Notes under the pieces: generated by a model
The model's input: the letters and a program-made list of their open reading frames with translations, nothing else
What the model was told of the DNA's origin: nothing
Databases searched by the model: none
Position numbers and translations under genes: made by a program
Shown here: positions 39,341 to 52,175 of the stretch, in pieces
Layout: every line of letters begins with the position of its first letter
Numbering within the stretch: the stretch's first letter is position 1
Origin: Lingula anatina
Taxonomy: Eukaryota; Animalia; Brachiopoda
Assembly: GCA_051362555.1 (NCBI GenBank)
Contig: CM120640.1
Coordinates: 34,367,967 to 34,431,966, forward strand
Reading direction: 5' to 3'
DNA: 64,000 nt

Positions 39341-40389
39341 AGACACATTTCGGAATATCACAGATTAAACTTACCAACTTTGTCTCATCTAGTTTCCCCG
39401 ACTCCCGTTTTAAAACATAAGGTATTCACTTATTCACCCACAACGAAAAAAATAAAAACAAAAACGCACCAAAACGAATAAAACACGGCTTCTCACTCCC
39501 CCCCCCCCCAACCCGTCAGATTAACCGGGATCCGCCCGTCTTAATTAGACCTCACATTTACAACTAAGGTTATCAGTTTTTAAGTTTTTAAGCTAAAATC
39601 TTTTCGCTGAAACAAACCTTTTGTCGATTCATATTTTATGTAATTTAACGTTCCATAATAAAATAAAAATGTAGTACTCACCGATTTGAACAATTTTTTC
39701 CTCCTTTTGAAACATCTGTAGTAAATCCAAATTATTCTGAGTCAAGTAAAATGGAAGAAGCTTATCCGGTGGTTATAGCAACATCTCCACGTAAAAACCG
39801 CATTTATGATGTAGATTAATTGTTACGTTGCTGACGTTGCGCTATGCAAGACGGTCCAAAAGAGACAAGTGTTTTTGGCATAAATTTGCTAAAAAAAAAA
39901 AAAAAACATCTTATGCACAATTAAAATTTATGGATGACAATATTTTTCTGATGAATTTCTTGACACCGAAGGAGAACATTAAGTACTTAGGTTATAGGCT
40001 AAAAGAAAATATATGAAATGAGACTGCGTATCATTATATCATAATAAAGAAAATATTGAAAGCCATTGACTATAACACTGCTTGGCAATAAAAATGAGAT
40101 ACTACAATGAAAGCAATCATTTTCTGGATGCTACATTCCAGTATAATCCCATTTTTATTTAATTTGATTGATTCGAACACTTATTAGATGTAGGCCTAGG
40201 CTCTACATTTTAAAGTCAGAGAGAGAGAGAGAGAATAAAAGAGATTCCTCTCCTCTGCATTTGCATTCGTTTGGCTTATTTTTTTACTCTGACGTAGCCT
40301 ACATGTAATTTTTTAAAATGTTAACGATTTTGGCTTAGATCTAATCTAACAACGAATCACACTGAAAGCAATATTGGACGATTTTATCC

Positions 40390-40964
40390 GCAACGTTACG
40401 TTACGTTGTTAGGGCCTACTCAATGTTACGTCGATGCGTTACGTCTCTGTCTATATTCATTACGTTGCACGTGTGTTACGTTTGGCAGTTAGAGTATGTC
40501 ATTGGCTAGTTGCCAAATGCTGACGTCAGTCGGTGACGTTCTTGGCATATTGCCAGTTTTTTTGTTTTGGCAACAGACCTAAGCACGTCATTTTTCAAAA
40601 ATTTTGAAACTCGGTGGAACATGGAATCAACTAGTCTATAGATGGTCAAAAAAGAGATTTTTATTTCATCAAATTATTTCTGTTGTCTTACCTATTTTTC
40701 ATTTGATGAACATACGCAAAATTAATAGTAAATTCAAAAACTACTTTGTTTTTCGGATATCGTCAAGACAACCGACAGATCATTACGCCATAGTATATAA
40801 AGCGAGCATGCTTCACGAGCGTCAGTTGACAACGAGCTTGCACAGTGAGCAGACTTTACGTCACTTCACAGCGAATTTCTCAGCATTTTCGACTGCTGTT
40901 GCCTCAGGCTTTCACCTTTTCTACATTATTTTACCACTGTATCTTGAAAAAGATATTGGTGAGT
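40390..40964 (+). promoter_or_regulatory. Promoter and non-coding exon 1 of the orphan gene, copy X
   Basis: Cluster of TTACGT/TGACGT bZIP half-sites, TGACGTCA at 40521, TATATAAA at 40794, Inr TCAGTT with A at 40824 (TATA at -30) and donor GTGAGT at 40959. Confidence 0.7.
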
Positions 40965-41122
40965 CTTTCTGCATAATTGTATTCAAAAATGCAATTTTGA
41001 GATATCCTTTTTTTTTTATATTTTTTTGGGTATTTCATTTTTTAAACTATTTTTTAAAAAATCATAGGACATAGGCCTATCTATCGAAAACACTTTTGAA
41101 GAATTATGCATCAAATCTACTT

Positions 41123-41165
<43 letters not shown>

Positions 41166-41395
41166 TGTGAAACAACATATTATCTTTTCAACGAAAGTTG
41201 CTGTATATAGTTCTAAAGAAATATAGACTTCAGGTCTATAGGCCTACATATATTTTTTTGCTGATAACTTAATAAAAATCCCTACAATTATCCCCATGCT
41301 ACACATCAGATGCATGCTTCTGTATGCTGATTATGACTATAAAATCTACACACACCCAGTTATGTACAACAAAAACAATTTTGCTCCTTTCAGAG

Positions 41396-42046
41396 ATGTG
41401 TAGTACAACTGTATCCACACGTAGTGGAGTCCACAACCACGCATATTATTGCCCATGTGGATGTGGTGGCATCTTTAGAACCAAAACTAAGGTACCAAAT
41501 ACAGTGTTAGCCACTATGGCTTCAACTCTGTTTATCTTTGCCATGAATACACTTAAGAATGTCTTTGGAAGCACCACTTTTAAGTCTAGAATCCCTATAG
41601 CAGTTAACGGGTGTCTCCGTTCTACTGAGAGGGCACACTGCCCAGCGGTTGTAATCCAAAGAATACCTAAACCTAGTCGTATTCCTGTTGCTACTAAAGC
41701 TTTGTATGGTGGTGGTGAGGGGAGAAACGAAAGGGGGGAAATTATTGTGGCTGATCCTCTGTGGAGGATGAGGGGTAGGCGTGCTCGTAAAACACCTATG
41801 CCTAGATCTCTTCTGCGTTCTCCTTGGCACCCTATCAGCTCTAGGCACACTTCAAGAAGTGTTGCCGATGCTTTGAGGAAGACAGAGCTACATGGTCGCT
41901 CTAAGTTTTGTGGTGATGAGTTTACTCCTTGTAGTCGCAATGTAAGAGTTAAAAACAACGCATTGGTATCAGAAGTGATACGCACTTCTACAAGACGTTC
42001 ATCGTTAACTGGCTCTGTATTGAGAATGTTCTGTTTGGGGTGGTAG
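41396..42046 (+). CDS. Orphan basic 216-aa protein with HxHxxxCxCxC and two SxIP motifs, copy X
   Basis: ATG begins at the third base after the acceptor ttttgctcctttcag (41393). Open 651-nt frame, intact in both duplicates, with an upstream core promoter. Confidence 0.7.
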   Translation: MCSTTVSTRSGVHNHAYYCPCGCGGIFRTKTKVPNTVLATMASTLFIFAMNTLKNVFGSTTFKSRIPIAVNGCLRSTERAHCPAVVIQRIPKPSRIPVATKALYGGGEGRNERGEIIVADPLWRMRGRRARKTPMPRSLLRSPWHPISSRHTSRSVADALRKTELHGRSKFCGDEFTPCSRNVRVKNNALVSEVIRTSTRRSSLTGSVLRMFCLGW

Positions 42047-43669
42047 CTCAGTACTTGTGTCCCTAATTGTATATAGCCTATATTTTATATTGTGTATAAT
42101 ATGGCATTCAGTTCTTCAGATAGCATCTGCAAATTTTTCATTGCTAATTTTAATATTTTTTGCATTCTATACAGAAGTATTTCTTACAACCTTTTTACAA
42201 CCTGATTTACATTGAATAGCACTTGCTTTGTAAGCACTGTGATGACTGTGTGGAAGATACTAAGTTTTAGATAATGTCAAATTAATATTCAATTCGTTTT
42301 GGACACTTTGTGTGGAAAATTCAACTATTTTAACTATAAAGATAAAAATAACATAAATTTAACAAATTAAAACAAATTTCTCTGCATTATATTTATTCTG
42401 GATGAAATCTATAAAAGTTAATAAAACCCCTTTTTTTCAAATAGTTTATAGTTTTCATGCATGAAATCAATACATAGAAATATTTCTGTTTCATCAAGGC
42501 AATCTTTATTGATAATAATTTTGCAGTATTTATTTTATTACTGGTTGTCATTGTCTACATACTCATTAGAACATCTCTGAGGAGGATCATGTTCTTGTTA
42601 GTGCTGGCCACACTGACAGGAACATTTGGAAAGTTCATGATCAACCCTTATTGATTTTGGCCAAATCTGTAAGGTCATTGGTCATGATCTTTTCATCATA
42701 GCATGTGTTTGTGTTGATGTAAGGCCAAATCAACACCAACACTGCTATATTCCTCTGGAAGTGTGAGTATGTAGGTCTATCACCACCAGTTATATCATTT
42801 ACTCTGAAAAAAAAGGAGAAAACTAATCAATGTTTGAATGATAAGATGCTTTCTAAAAGTTTATTTTCTAAAATCTTACTTTGCTATGATAGGGTGATAT
42901 ACTCTTTTTTCAATATACTTCTCAATTTTGTCGTTTTCTGATGTATCTTCCACGCAGTCATTCCCTTTCAACTTGTACATATATGCAGTCGTGTTAATAA
43001 AAAAAATTACATTTACACATTAGTCCTTGTCAGTTTTGATGTAAAATCATATTCAAATAAGAAATAAAAAACTTTTTTATCCACTACATCTTGTCGTTGT
43101 TGTGGTTGCTGTTTGCCTGTCTCTCTCTCTCTTTCTCTCTCTCTCTCCCTCTCTCTCTCTCAGATGCATAATAAAACACAAGATTTAATAATTTTATATA
43201 TTTATTTAGAGTCTAAAATCCAAAAAATCTTTTCTGTAGACGTTTCAAATAAAATACAATACAAATACAATTAAAACACGAAGTTAAAAGGATTAATTTA
43301 GAGTAATAAGTCATGGTATTAAGAGCGGTGTCCCTATATTGCGCAAAACACCGCAATACAGAGCGACTCAGCGCAAGAGTGGAATATTAACCTTCAAAAT
43401 AAATCACCCCGGCAACCATTATTGTACGGAGGAGCAGGATGTAATACACTGGTATTAGACAAAATGACATAGAAATACAGTTGCTTAACTAGCTGTTTTA
43501 AACAGGCTTTCCACTTTGGGGTTTGTTTTATATCTGATAGTAGTCCTATGGAAATGATTGCAACAACTTGTTGCCAATGATCACTGATAAACTGATAACT
43601 AACAGCAAAGGGGCACACCATCTGAATGATATAAATTCATAAAACTAGCATAATTATGAACATTGTTGC

Positions 43670-44100
43670 TTTGTGGCGTTGTGGGACAATATATAGGATC
43701 AACTGTCATGACTGCAATTCCTTTTACATTGGTGAGACAGATAGACAGTTGAAGACCAGGGTTAGTGAACACAGAAAACCAATGACTGTAGGCAATACCA
43801 GCTCTGCCATTTCTGAACATGTTATAGTATGTGAACATGTTGTAGACACCGGCAACAGTATCGACAGGACTTCAACCAAGATCCTTGAATCCGAGTCATC
43901 TGACATCCTGCGAGAGGCTACATGTATCAACATCAGCCGTCACCAGCCACCCATGAATAGAGACGGGGGGTCGATCTACCTGGTATTTATAAGAGGGTCC
44001 TGGCTGCTATACCACCTAACGGTTAGTGAGTGTCAACATCTGCTCACAGGTTGGCCGTCCAGGTTGGCTGTAAGCTAAAGGTAAGAAAGTATCTCGGCTT
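43670..44100 (+). mobile_element. Penelope-like GIY-YIG endonuclease 3' fragment
   Basis: GTIYRINCHDCNSFYIGETDRQLKTRVSEH...SAISEHV...MNRDGG. Second copy at ~60825-61400. Confidence 0.85.
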
Positions 44101-44212
44101 GTGTTTGACAATTTTTATCAATGATCCAACTACCAAGCTAGTGCACATTTTTACTCAAGTATGAGCATATTCTCAACAAAAATGAGACAAAAGCACTTCA
44201 TTGGGTACAGTA

Positions 44213-44213
<1 letters not shown>

Positions 44214-44248
<35 letters not shown>

Positions 44249-44334
44249 CGGATCCAGGATTATTTGAAGGGGGGGGGGTTATTTCATTTTATTTTATTTT
44301 GGAATGACAGGACCCCTCCCTAAATCCGCCACTG
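44214..44334. mobile_element. Short GGCGGATC-terminus MITE with poly-G (related inverted copy at 62523-62590)
   Basis: ggcggatccaggattatttgaag ... ctaaatccgccactg. Confidence 0.6.
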
Positions 44335-46432
44335 TATGACGTGGTGCTATACCAGTAAAGCTACTGAATCAATCCAAGTTTGGTCGCTTTAAGCCTGCCC
44401 GAACGTTTCTAGGTAGATGACTTCAAATACTTTAAATTCATTTTGTTTTACGCTGAGATTGCTCTTGGTCTGTCCCGTGATAGAGCACGATGACAGTCAA
44501 AGCAGTTCACAGCTTGACGGTTTAAGCTTCGAGTAGTCCCTGATATTTTAAATGTCGACTATGGAGTTGCCCCGGGTACTGTATTACCATATGAACAATC
44601 TTGATAAGCAGGGGCCCAAGAGTTTTGAGCGACCAGGGTGTGGATGCCAGGCGGTCATGATATTCTAATATACTTAAAAGTATATGGATATTTCAGTTTT
44701 AACGGATTCAGCGGAACAATTTAAGACAATGGTTTTAGGTATTTGCCGGAAACTTATCTTTGATGCATTTTAAAAATGGCTGTGTTTTGTTATCCACCAA
44801 TATTTACCCTACTTGATGTTTTGTGTCCTCCATGCCTCCTTTATTTCATCGCGTACCTCGTGAGAGTGAAAATTGCAATTCTGCTTTATGTTAACTACAC
44901 AGAATTTTAAATTACATTGGTAGAATTACTAGTGGCAGTAAAGTTTTACATGCGAAATAATCAAAATGGGGAAATTATGTGGAATGGCTCCTTGAAAAAT
45001 CCGGATGTTGTACTTTAGTGAGTAATTATGTCTCATAATTATAGTACAGCAAAATAGGCATTTTTAAAAAAATAAAGTACGGGATAAAGGTTTAGTGATA
45101 TACTTCCGTTTGTAATTTTGGCATAATTTTATAAATAATGTCATAATATATTATATTTTGATCCATTGAAGTATGTAACCTAGTTAATAGTTACACTGCT
45201 CTCTGCGTGACTGATAATGAAAGCAGTCATTTTCAAGGCACAGGGGGCGTATTGCTATATCGTCAATTTGCAATACTTGAAGGTGTTTTTGAATTTTTTT
45301 CATTTATGTCTTCCAAAACAGTTTGTCATGATTTTTTATCTCCAAACTGTGTATAAGAAGAGATAAAGTAACATTTTCTATGTAAAGTTTTTCATATCCC
45401 TCCTACCCTCCCATTCATTAGTTTTATCCCCCACCTTTGACAATCAGATCTTTACTTGTAATCGTTAATTGATTATTATATTATTTTTCGTTGTCTAAGG
45501 TATTTATGAAATACAAAATATATCGAGTGACTCCAAATCGCCATAACAAATAATGCATTATTTAAAATTCTGACTGTTAAATGAACAAAAAATAAATTTG
45601 TTTTATTTGTTATTATGTATAAGAGAATAAGATGGTCTACTGCACGCTGCAATCCGAGCAGTGTTTGCTAGGTTTGACAAACCAAATCGTTCTATAGCGC
45701 CGTCTGGAGGGGAACAGAAATGCAATCGGTAGTTAAGCAGATTGTTTTAGTGTGTCTGTGTGCTTGTGTCTGCATGCGCTTGTGTGTGCTTAATTTTCAT
45801 CACCACAGAAATGGTGGAAATAATGCAATTCGAACTGGCATATATAGAAATAAAGTAATAGGCATTAATGATAATAACACTAACAGTACATATCATCTAC
45901 ATATTGTGCGGGCATCATCTCTGCTCACGGTCAGCTGTCATTTTTTATATGTTAACTAATAAGTATATGAATCCAAAAACCATGTTAAATGACATCAAAA
46001 CACTACACTAGTATACCATAATGTAAAAATGTAACAATAAAATAAATTAACCCATTATTAGGAAAGAATTGAATAGATGAAAAGTGAATAGATGAACTAT
46101 CAAAATCGTCCAAGTACTAGTATTTTGTGGATTTTGCCGATTAGGTCAGATTTAACTTGTACCATCGACATAATCAAATTAAATTGGCACATTTCCTGAA
46201 GAGACCCACGACAAATCATGACTTAAAAAGCATTGTTGGTTGTGGCCGAATTAATAAGATATTACCAACATTTCAAGAAGTTTGTATATTATGGGGCCAC
46301 CATGGTTTGATTTCCAACCATAGAATACGTTACTAAACACATTGCTTTAACATCTATCTATCTATGCTTTATCTATCTTTCTATCTATCTTGAATAACTA
46401 CTTCGTTTTTGCAGTCATTAAGTTCGAAGGGT

Positions 46433-49400
46433 TTATTTTTCTTTGAGTATATCAATGTATGCCACAATCATGTCATAACCAAAATCATTCGGTCGGCAAG
46501 CAACATCATCCTCTAACTGAGAAAACAAATTATCCACAATGGCCATTTTCTCCTCTTTCGATCGACGTCCATCCAGACCAGACAAGAATACCGCATTGAT
46601 CCATCCCCGGAGAGCATTAACATACTTTCGTGCATAGTGGGCAATGACTCTTTGTTCCTCATCTGTAGAAAAAAAAAGAGGAATAAAACAAGGCTCATGT
46701 CCATCAGTTATGTAGATTTTATTTCATTTAATAGTTTTTGGATATCTAGCGTCGAAATTCACAAAACGTGAATATGATATTACTTATTTAACTGCATTCG
46801 GTTAACTAAACACGTCACGTGATATAATTTATCAAGTAAGCGTTTCAAAGAAACTATTCTCAGTTCAGAAATACAGCAATCTGCTTAACACTTTTGTAAG
46901 TAGTCCTTACTTAGTTGTTTATTCTTGAGTTGCATAGATATGTCAAATATTGTTTCGTTTATTTCCAACGACATCAGTTTTAAGCCAGACGCTGAGACCT
47001 TAGAATCCGCAGAAAGAAATGGCGCTTTCAATTCGTCTTCTGTGGGTTGGAAATATGCAACGTTTGTATTCACAAACTCCTCCTAGAAAAAAAAACGTCC
47101 AAACTGTGTTGCAAAATCCATATTTGAATAAAACAGTGTTTTGTATTTTTGAAAAAGAAGTAACTATACACATAAACGAATAAGCCTTAACGTTCTGTTG
47201 TGTATCCAATTAATACATGGACCAGAAATATAATCTGTACATCTATATTTATTATGACAAAAAAAAAAGAAAACATATACATAAGGATCTGTCTATGTAA
47301 ATCCGTACCTGTTTCATCTGACATATACATGTAGGTCTGTAGGGTATGTGTAAAGCATGTACATAAAACTAAAAAAAAAAAAAAAATACCATGGTTATCC
47401 GTCCTGCTTTTACAAATGAAAGCCAGAGGTCCTTTAAATATGTGGTAATCCTGAATGTGTAATGCCTCGTCGCACCAGAGTGCATGCCATCCTTGGAAGC
47501 TGATGTCACTAAGAAGAAATGGGCACCTTGAAGAAAACGAAGGAGATATTTATGAAATGGTTGTACGTATACACATTTATGTGTGTGCTGCTATATTGTA
47601 GGCCTACGATGTGCACAAACGTGGTGTATAGAAATGCCCAGGGTTAAACATGTATGTACTGGTATATATGTACGAAGCCTTAAACACGAATCAATTATAT
47701 CCATGTCATAATTAATAGTATCGGAAATTTTTTATTCTTTAAGTCAAAACTTGCCAAATTGATCTTTAACATTTGCACTGTACCTGGTTTCAGTTCTGCA
47801 GTCCTATTTAAGAGAATGGTTTCCCAGTCTTGAGCGGCCTGCTTTTTGTATGCTTCAAGCTCTTCCTCACTGTTCAAGTCTCCTCGACAGAAAATATCTT
47901 GTGCAAGACTGCAAGGCCTACAAATCAAAATCGTACCAACGCTTAGTTTATAGAAAAGACATCCATGCATTACATTAATTTGTTCCTTTTTTTTGCAATA
48001 AATGAAATAAATGAAACATACTGCATATTTTATTATTGTTCGTTGCATTGACTTTCCTTTTCTTCAATGCCCAGCAAACGCTTTAGCTTTAGCTTAGTAC
48101 TTCTTACATGTAACAAACTCACCTCTTACTCAACCAGTGCATTGCGCAGCAGGATACAGCCAGGTCAACATAATTCCTTGGCAGACAGCGTGAAAAGAAA
48201 TTAGTTCCACTGGCGGGAACAAACACGTTCTCGTCTTCAGGTAGAAAGTTTGTTTGGTCTCCAAATAAACCTAAAATTTAATCCATGCTGTACAGTAAAA
48301 CAAAAAGAATGGTACACGTCTCCTATAAAGGCGTTGTAACATGAGTGGCTGAAAAGGTTGCATTTTTTAATTTTGCAAAAACGCAATGTTTTCATTTTCA
48401 CATACTCAGAAGCATTTAAAGTATTCTACACTTGGTTAAGGAGTTCTTGGGAGCTTTAGGATTTAAGTCATCTGATAATTTTGATTAAAATGTGTGTCAC
48501 TGAGTTTGTGGGGTAATACCATATATCAAAGTCTGCCTTCCTCGTTTGGGGGAGGGGGGGGGGAAGACATGATATAACGTCTTTACTCTGATAAGCACAG
48601 AACAACACGCAAGTACAAACAACAGTTCTCAGCAGAAGGGTACAGTACCTTGTGATAAACAAAACAGCGACTTGAAATCATTCCAGGGTTGATCCTCGTA
48701 CACAATTACAATCGGTTTTTCTTCACCATGCTTTTTACGAATACCTTCTAAGGAAATAAGTCATATTTTCTGTTTAACTCCATTTGACAATCATATAATT
48801 ATAATCCAGAATATGTGGGATGTACTCGGAAAAGGATAACTGAAAACAAAAAAGGTCTCATAACATATTCGCACTGCATGTGAAACCTCGTCGCTCTGCA
48901 AACGTTACAGAATTTTTGACTCCCCGGACATACGCATTGGCTTATTTCTTAATCCTTTGTATTATTTAACACTGTATTAGGGGTGACACTCTTTTGGTGG
49001 CTGAGTATGATTGAAGAAATGAAATGCCGTGTTTTTTTAAATTATTTTTTTTTACTTTAAAGAGAGATAGAGATTAAGAGATAGTTACTATAAGAGTGTA
49101 TTACTTATGATCTCTGCCATCAGTTTCATAGATGTTCCTCCATCTCCAGCTCCGTAGTCACACACCACAAAGGGATCCTCTGTGTTTTCAACACTTCCAT
49201 CTCCTAAGAAAAACAATGTATTATGATTTCATTTTCTCGTTAAGATGGGAAATATATTGTTAAGCTTAAATTTTACTTTCAGCATTTCTTGATACACTTC
49301 TATTTGACAAAGATTATCATATTAACATTGGCATATCATATTAACATAAAAATTACAAAAAGGGAAAAATAAGATTAAAGTCAATCATTGCTTTTCAGTA

Positions 49401-50204
49401 AAAGTCCATAAAGTAATCATCTTATGTATATGTTTAAAGGCACAGAGGGTGTTTGTTTTAAATTAAAAATAAATCAATTTTGCGATAGATAACCAGTATT
49501 TGTCTTAAAATGTTACATATACGGTGATGTTAATAACATCTAAAATTTAAAAAAATGGAGGGAGGTGAAGGAATCGACAGAGGGCGATGTAATAGATGTT
49601 GGTAAGGACGATCGAAAAAGAATCCGTAAAACGCGTTTGGCTGTAGTGTTTTGAATGAATGGTCAGTTGTCAAGGAAAATTATGTAAAATGCCATCGAAA
49701 TCCATTTTATGGTGTACAATGCGCCAACTGCTCGCCCACTTTTGTTTTGAGAGACGATACTGATATTACTAATATGATCTTACCAATTGCTTCTAATATG
49801 CTAGGCAACAAGAAGTTGTACAGCACTTCGTGATTCGACGCATTTGCACTCCAGAAGTGGGTTCCGGTATATTTGTCCGGGAGTTTGTATATGGGATTTC
49901 TGGGCTGACACAGCTGGCCGTTTAAATCTGTAAAAGAAAAAAAAAAACATCATTTACACCCCTCGTTCTAGGCATCTAAGATTTATGAGCTATGGTATCA
50001 GCAATTCCGATAGAGGAGGGCAGTTTTATTAATTGGCCTCGCGCACATCTGAAGTATGCCTAAGATGCATGTGGCGATTGATGTCGTAACCACTATAAAA
50101 TGTATTGAGTGGACCCAAATCAAATTGATGTTGCTGAACCGAAACCCACCTTGACTGTCAATCATGAAGGCAATGTACGTGTACTTTACACCCTTCAGGA
50201 CTGC

Positions 50205-50246
<42 letters not shown>

Positions 50247-50530
50247 AGGAACTATATAGTTTCAAAACACTTGAAGTCGTATATCGGTCTTAACTGCAAG
50301 AATTTTTTGCAGATTTAGTCGCGTTGCATTTTGGTATTGTGTTAATTATGCGATGATGCTCATTTAAGTACTTATATCAGGAAAGTGTACATTACAATGT
50401 GCGTCAAACGCCTTGAACACAAATACCACAATTTCAGTCAGTCGTGCGTTGTCGGCTATCCGATTTTACCAGTCTTACCTAAGGAAAGAGGCTTTTTATG
50501 AAACGGGACCATGCCCTCTTGCAGTACCAT
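46433..50530 (-). CDS. SABATH-family (SAM-dependent carboxyl/N-methyltransferase, Methyltransf_7-like) gene, copy B, intact, ~404 aa
   Basis: Nine phase-compatible GT-AG exons: 50479-50530, 49784-49927, 49105-49203, 48649-48747, 48123-48270, 47784-47917, 47390-47526, 46911-47082 and 46433-46662 (1215 nt). Motifs VCDYGAGDGGTS, YEDQPWNDF, ASGTNFFSRCLP, SCCAMHWLS and QDWETILLNRTAELKPG. The first exon is the least certain. Confidence 0.88.
50208..50242. repeat. (AG)n microsatellite
   Basis: Direct reading. Confidence 0.95.
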
Positions 50531-51009
50531 TAGTCATTTCCATGATGAAATCTAATGACATTAATTGCAGATGACTAAAATAGGCTACCTGGCGCCTCCG
50601 GCATAAAGGGATTGTCACACATTTACACTCGGCACTTATTATATCGTCCTAAGTAACGCTAAGTAGTAAATGTACATTGTGCAAGCATACGTACTTGCAA
50701 TCATACACTTGCCGATGAGGGTGACCATTCTTCTGTTCCATGCTTTAAGAATAAACTTAATTTTTACTAATTTTTATCAAAGTCAAGTCTGAGGATTTGA
50801 ACTACATGAAGTTCAACATGAAATTCGATTCCTAAAAGATTAAACTGATGCTTTCCCCAATTAAGATGCGTATGTGGCAAATTTTTTTTTTAATTACTGA
50901 AGTTCATACGTCCTATCCATACTATTTTTGTTTTATCTTAACCCTGATATTTTTGGAAAATTTCTCTAATTCAGTCATTAGTTCAGCATACCTTTTTGGC
51001 AGCCTCTAA

Positions 51010-51468
51010 GACCCCATTCCCAGAGCTTAGACCCCATTCCTTTAGATCGACCTACTTTAGATCGACCTAACTCCCTGGGGGTTCACGCTATATAGCTGTC
51101 AGCCGAGCGGGCACGAAAGTTAATTACCCCCTTATAGCTTGTAGTAGGCGGGACGGACATTTAAGCCGGATTATCTGACAGTAATCTAGTGAGACTCCCC
51201 GCGGGGATAGATCAATCTAAAAGCTCTGGGAATACGCCCTAAGGGTGCTTTCCCAGAGATTTAGATCGATCTAGAGATTAAGATTTAGATCGACCTAACT
51301 CCCTGGGGATTCGCGCTAAATTGCAGTCAGCCGAGCGGGCACCATAGTTAATTACCGCCTTACAGCTTTTAGTAGGCGGGACAGACGCTTAAGCCGGCCA
51401 AGCTGACAGTAATCTAGTGAGACTCCCCACAGGGATAGATCGATTTAAAAATCTATGGAAATGGGGTG
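51010..51468. mobile_element. Two head-to-tail M1 MITEs
   Basis: Copies 51010-51239 and 51243-51468 with TAA before, between and after them (3-bp TWA target site). Confidence 0.8.
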
Positions 51469-51589
51469 TAATAGTTTCAAACTACAAAAATTGGAGACCA
51501 TAACAGAGTCAGCCAAAGACACGTTTGGGGAACACGTTTGAACACGTCATGCTGGACATTTACAGGTGTAAGACCAGAACAGAGCCTCT

Positions 51590-52175
51590 TGTTTAGAACC
51601 AAGTGACTTCCCCCTACCACCTGTTCTACATTTTCTGCATCGAAAGCTTGTATAAAATCTACAATTTGTAGTGCTTTAACCGATGTTGTGTTAAACAAAT
51701 AGTTTGTTGGGTTTAGGTCTACCCTCTCACCTTGGTAAGTCTCCCGTCTATCCCCCCGGTCTACAGCACCCACTGGATCCTCTAACAGCCTTCCCAACCT
51801 GGTGTTCAGCTCATCTGTGGATTGCGGCATAATGTTGGTGACTGCAGGCTGGGGTTGTGACTCTGCATTTCCAGGATTGTTTCTACTTATTATCGCAGCT
51901 TCCAACAGCCTCCTCTCGCCTAATATTTGAATCCCTATTTTCCTTATGTCTTCTACTCTCAGGAGGTCCAGCGCTCTCTGGGACGAGAAACCATTTGTCA
52001 ACAATTTTTCTTTTGTCTCTGGCCCCAGACCATGTTTCTCCACGAAACTTTCTAACTCCATTTTTTTATTTGTGCTAGCTCCGTTTTGAATATTGGCTTC
52101 TCCTGTATGTTCAGTTCTCAGCTCCTGCTGAATCTCTTCTCCGATTTCTGGTCTCACTGCCTTAGCAATGTCCAT
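51590..52175 (-). mobile_element. Truncated SAM-domain ORF, probably the gag-like ORF1 of a DIRS/Ngaro-type element
   Basis: Intronless ORF with a SAM-like segment (LESFVEKHGLGPETKEKLLTNGFSSQRALDLLRVEDIRKIGI.LGERRLLEAAI) and YL...KALQIVDFI. The family assignment is from memory. Confidence 0.5.

Larger units (their letters stand above)
39701..44213 (+). repeat. Duplicated segment X (homologous to 56516-61517)
   Basis: Collinear from ctccttttgaaacatctgtag to cagtac; includes a promoter, an orphan gene and a GIY-YIG relic. Confidence 0.95.

Noticed and set aside
40604-41074. 156-aa ORF over the orphan gene promoter (57518-57868 in Y)
   Set aside because: Non-ATG start, frameshifted between copies, and it spans the TATA box, 5' UTR and intron.
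41446-41985. Long antisense ORFs over the orphan gene (also 58244-58879)
   Set aside because: This frame shares third codon positions with the sense ORF, and its stops need Tyr/His/Gln codons that are scarce there. There is no promoter or splice support, so it is probably a shadow ORF.
42570-42810. Conserved exon-like block on the minus strand in X and Y (ORF 59414-59644)
   Set aside because: The acceptor context differs between copies and no identifiable protein results.
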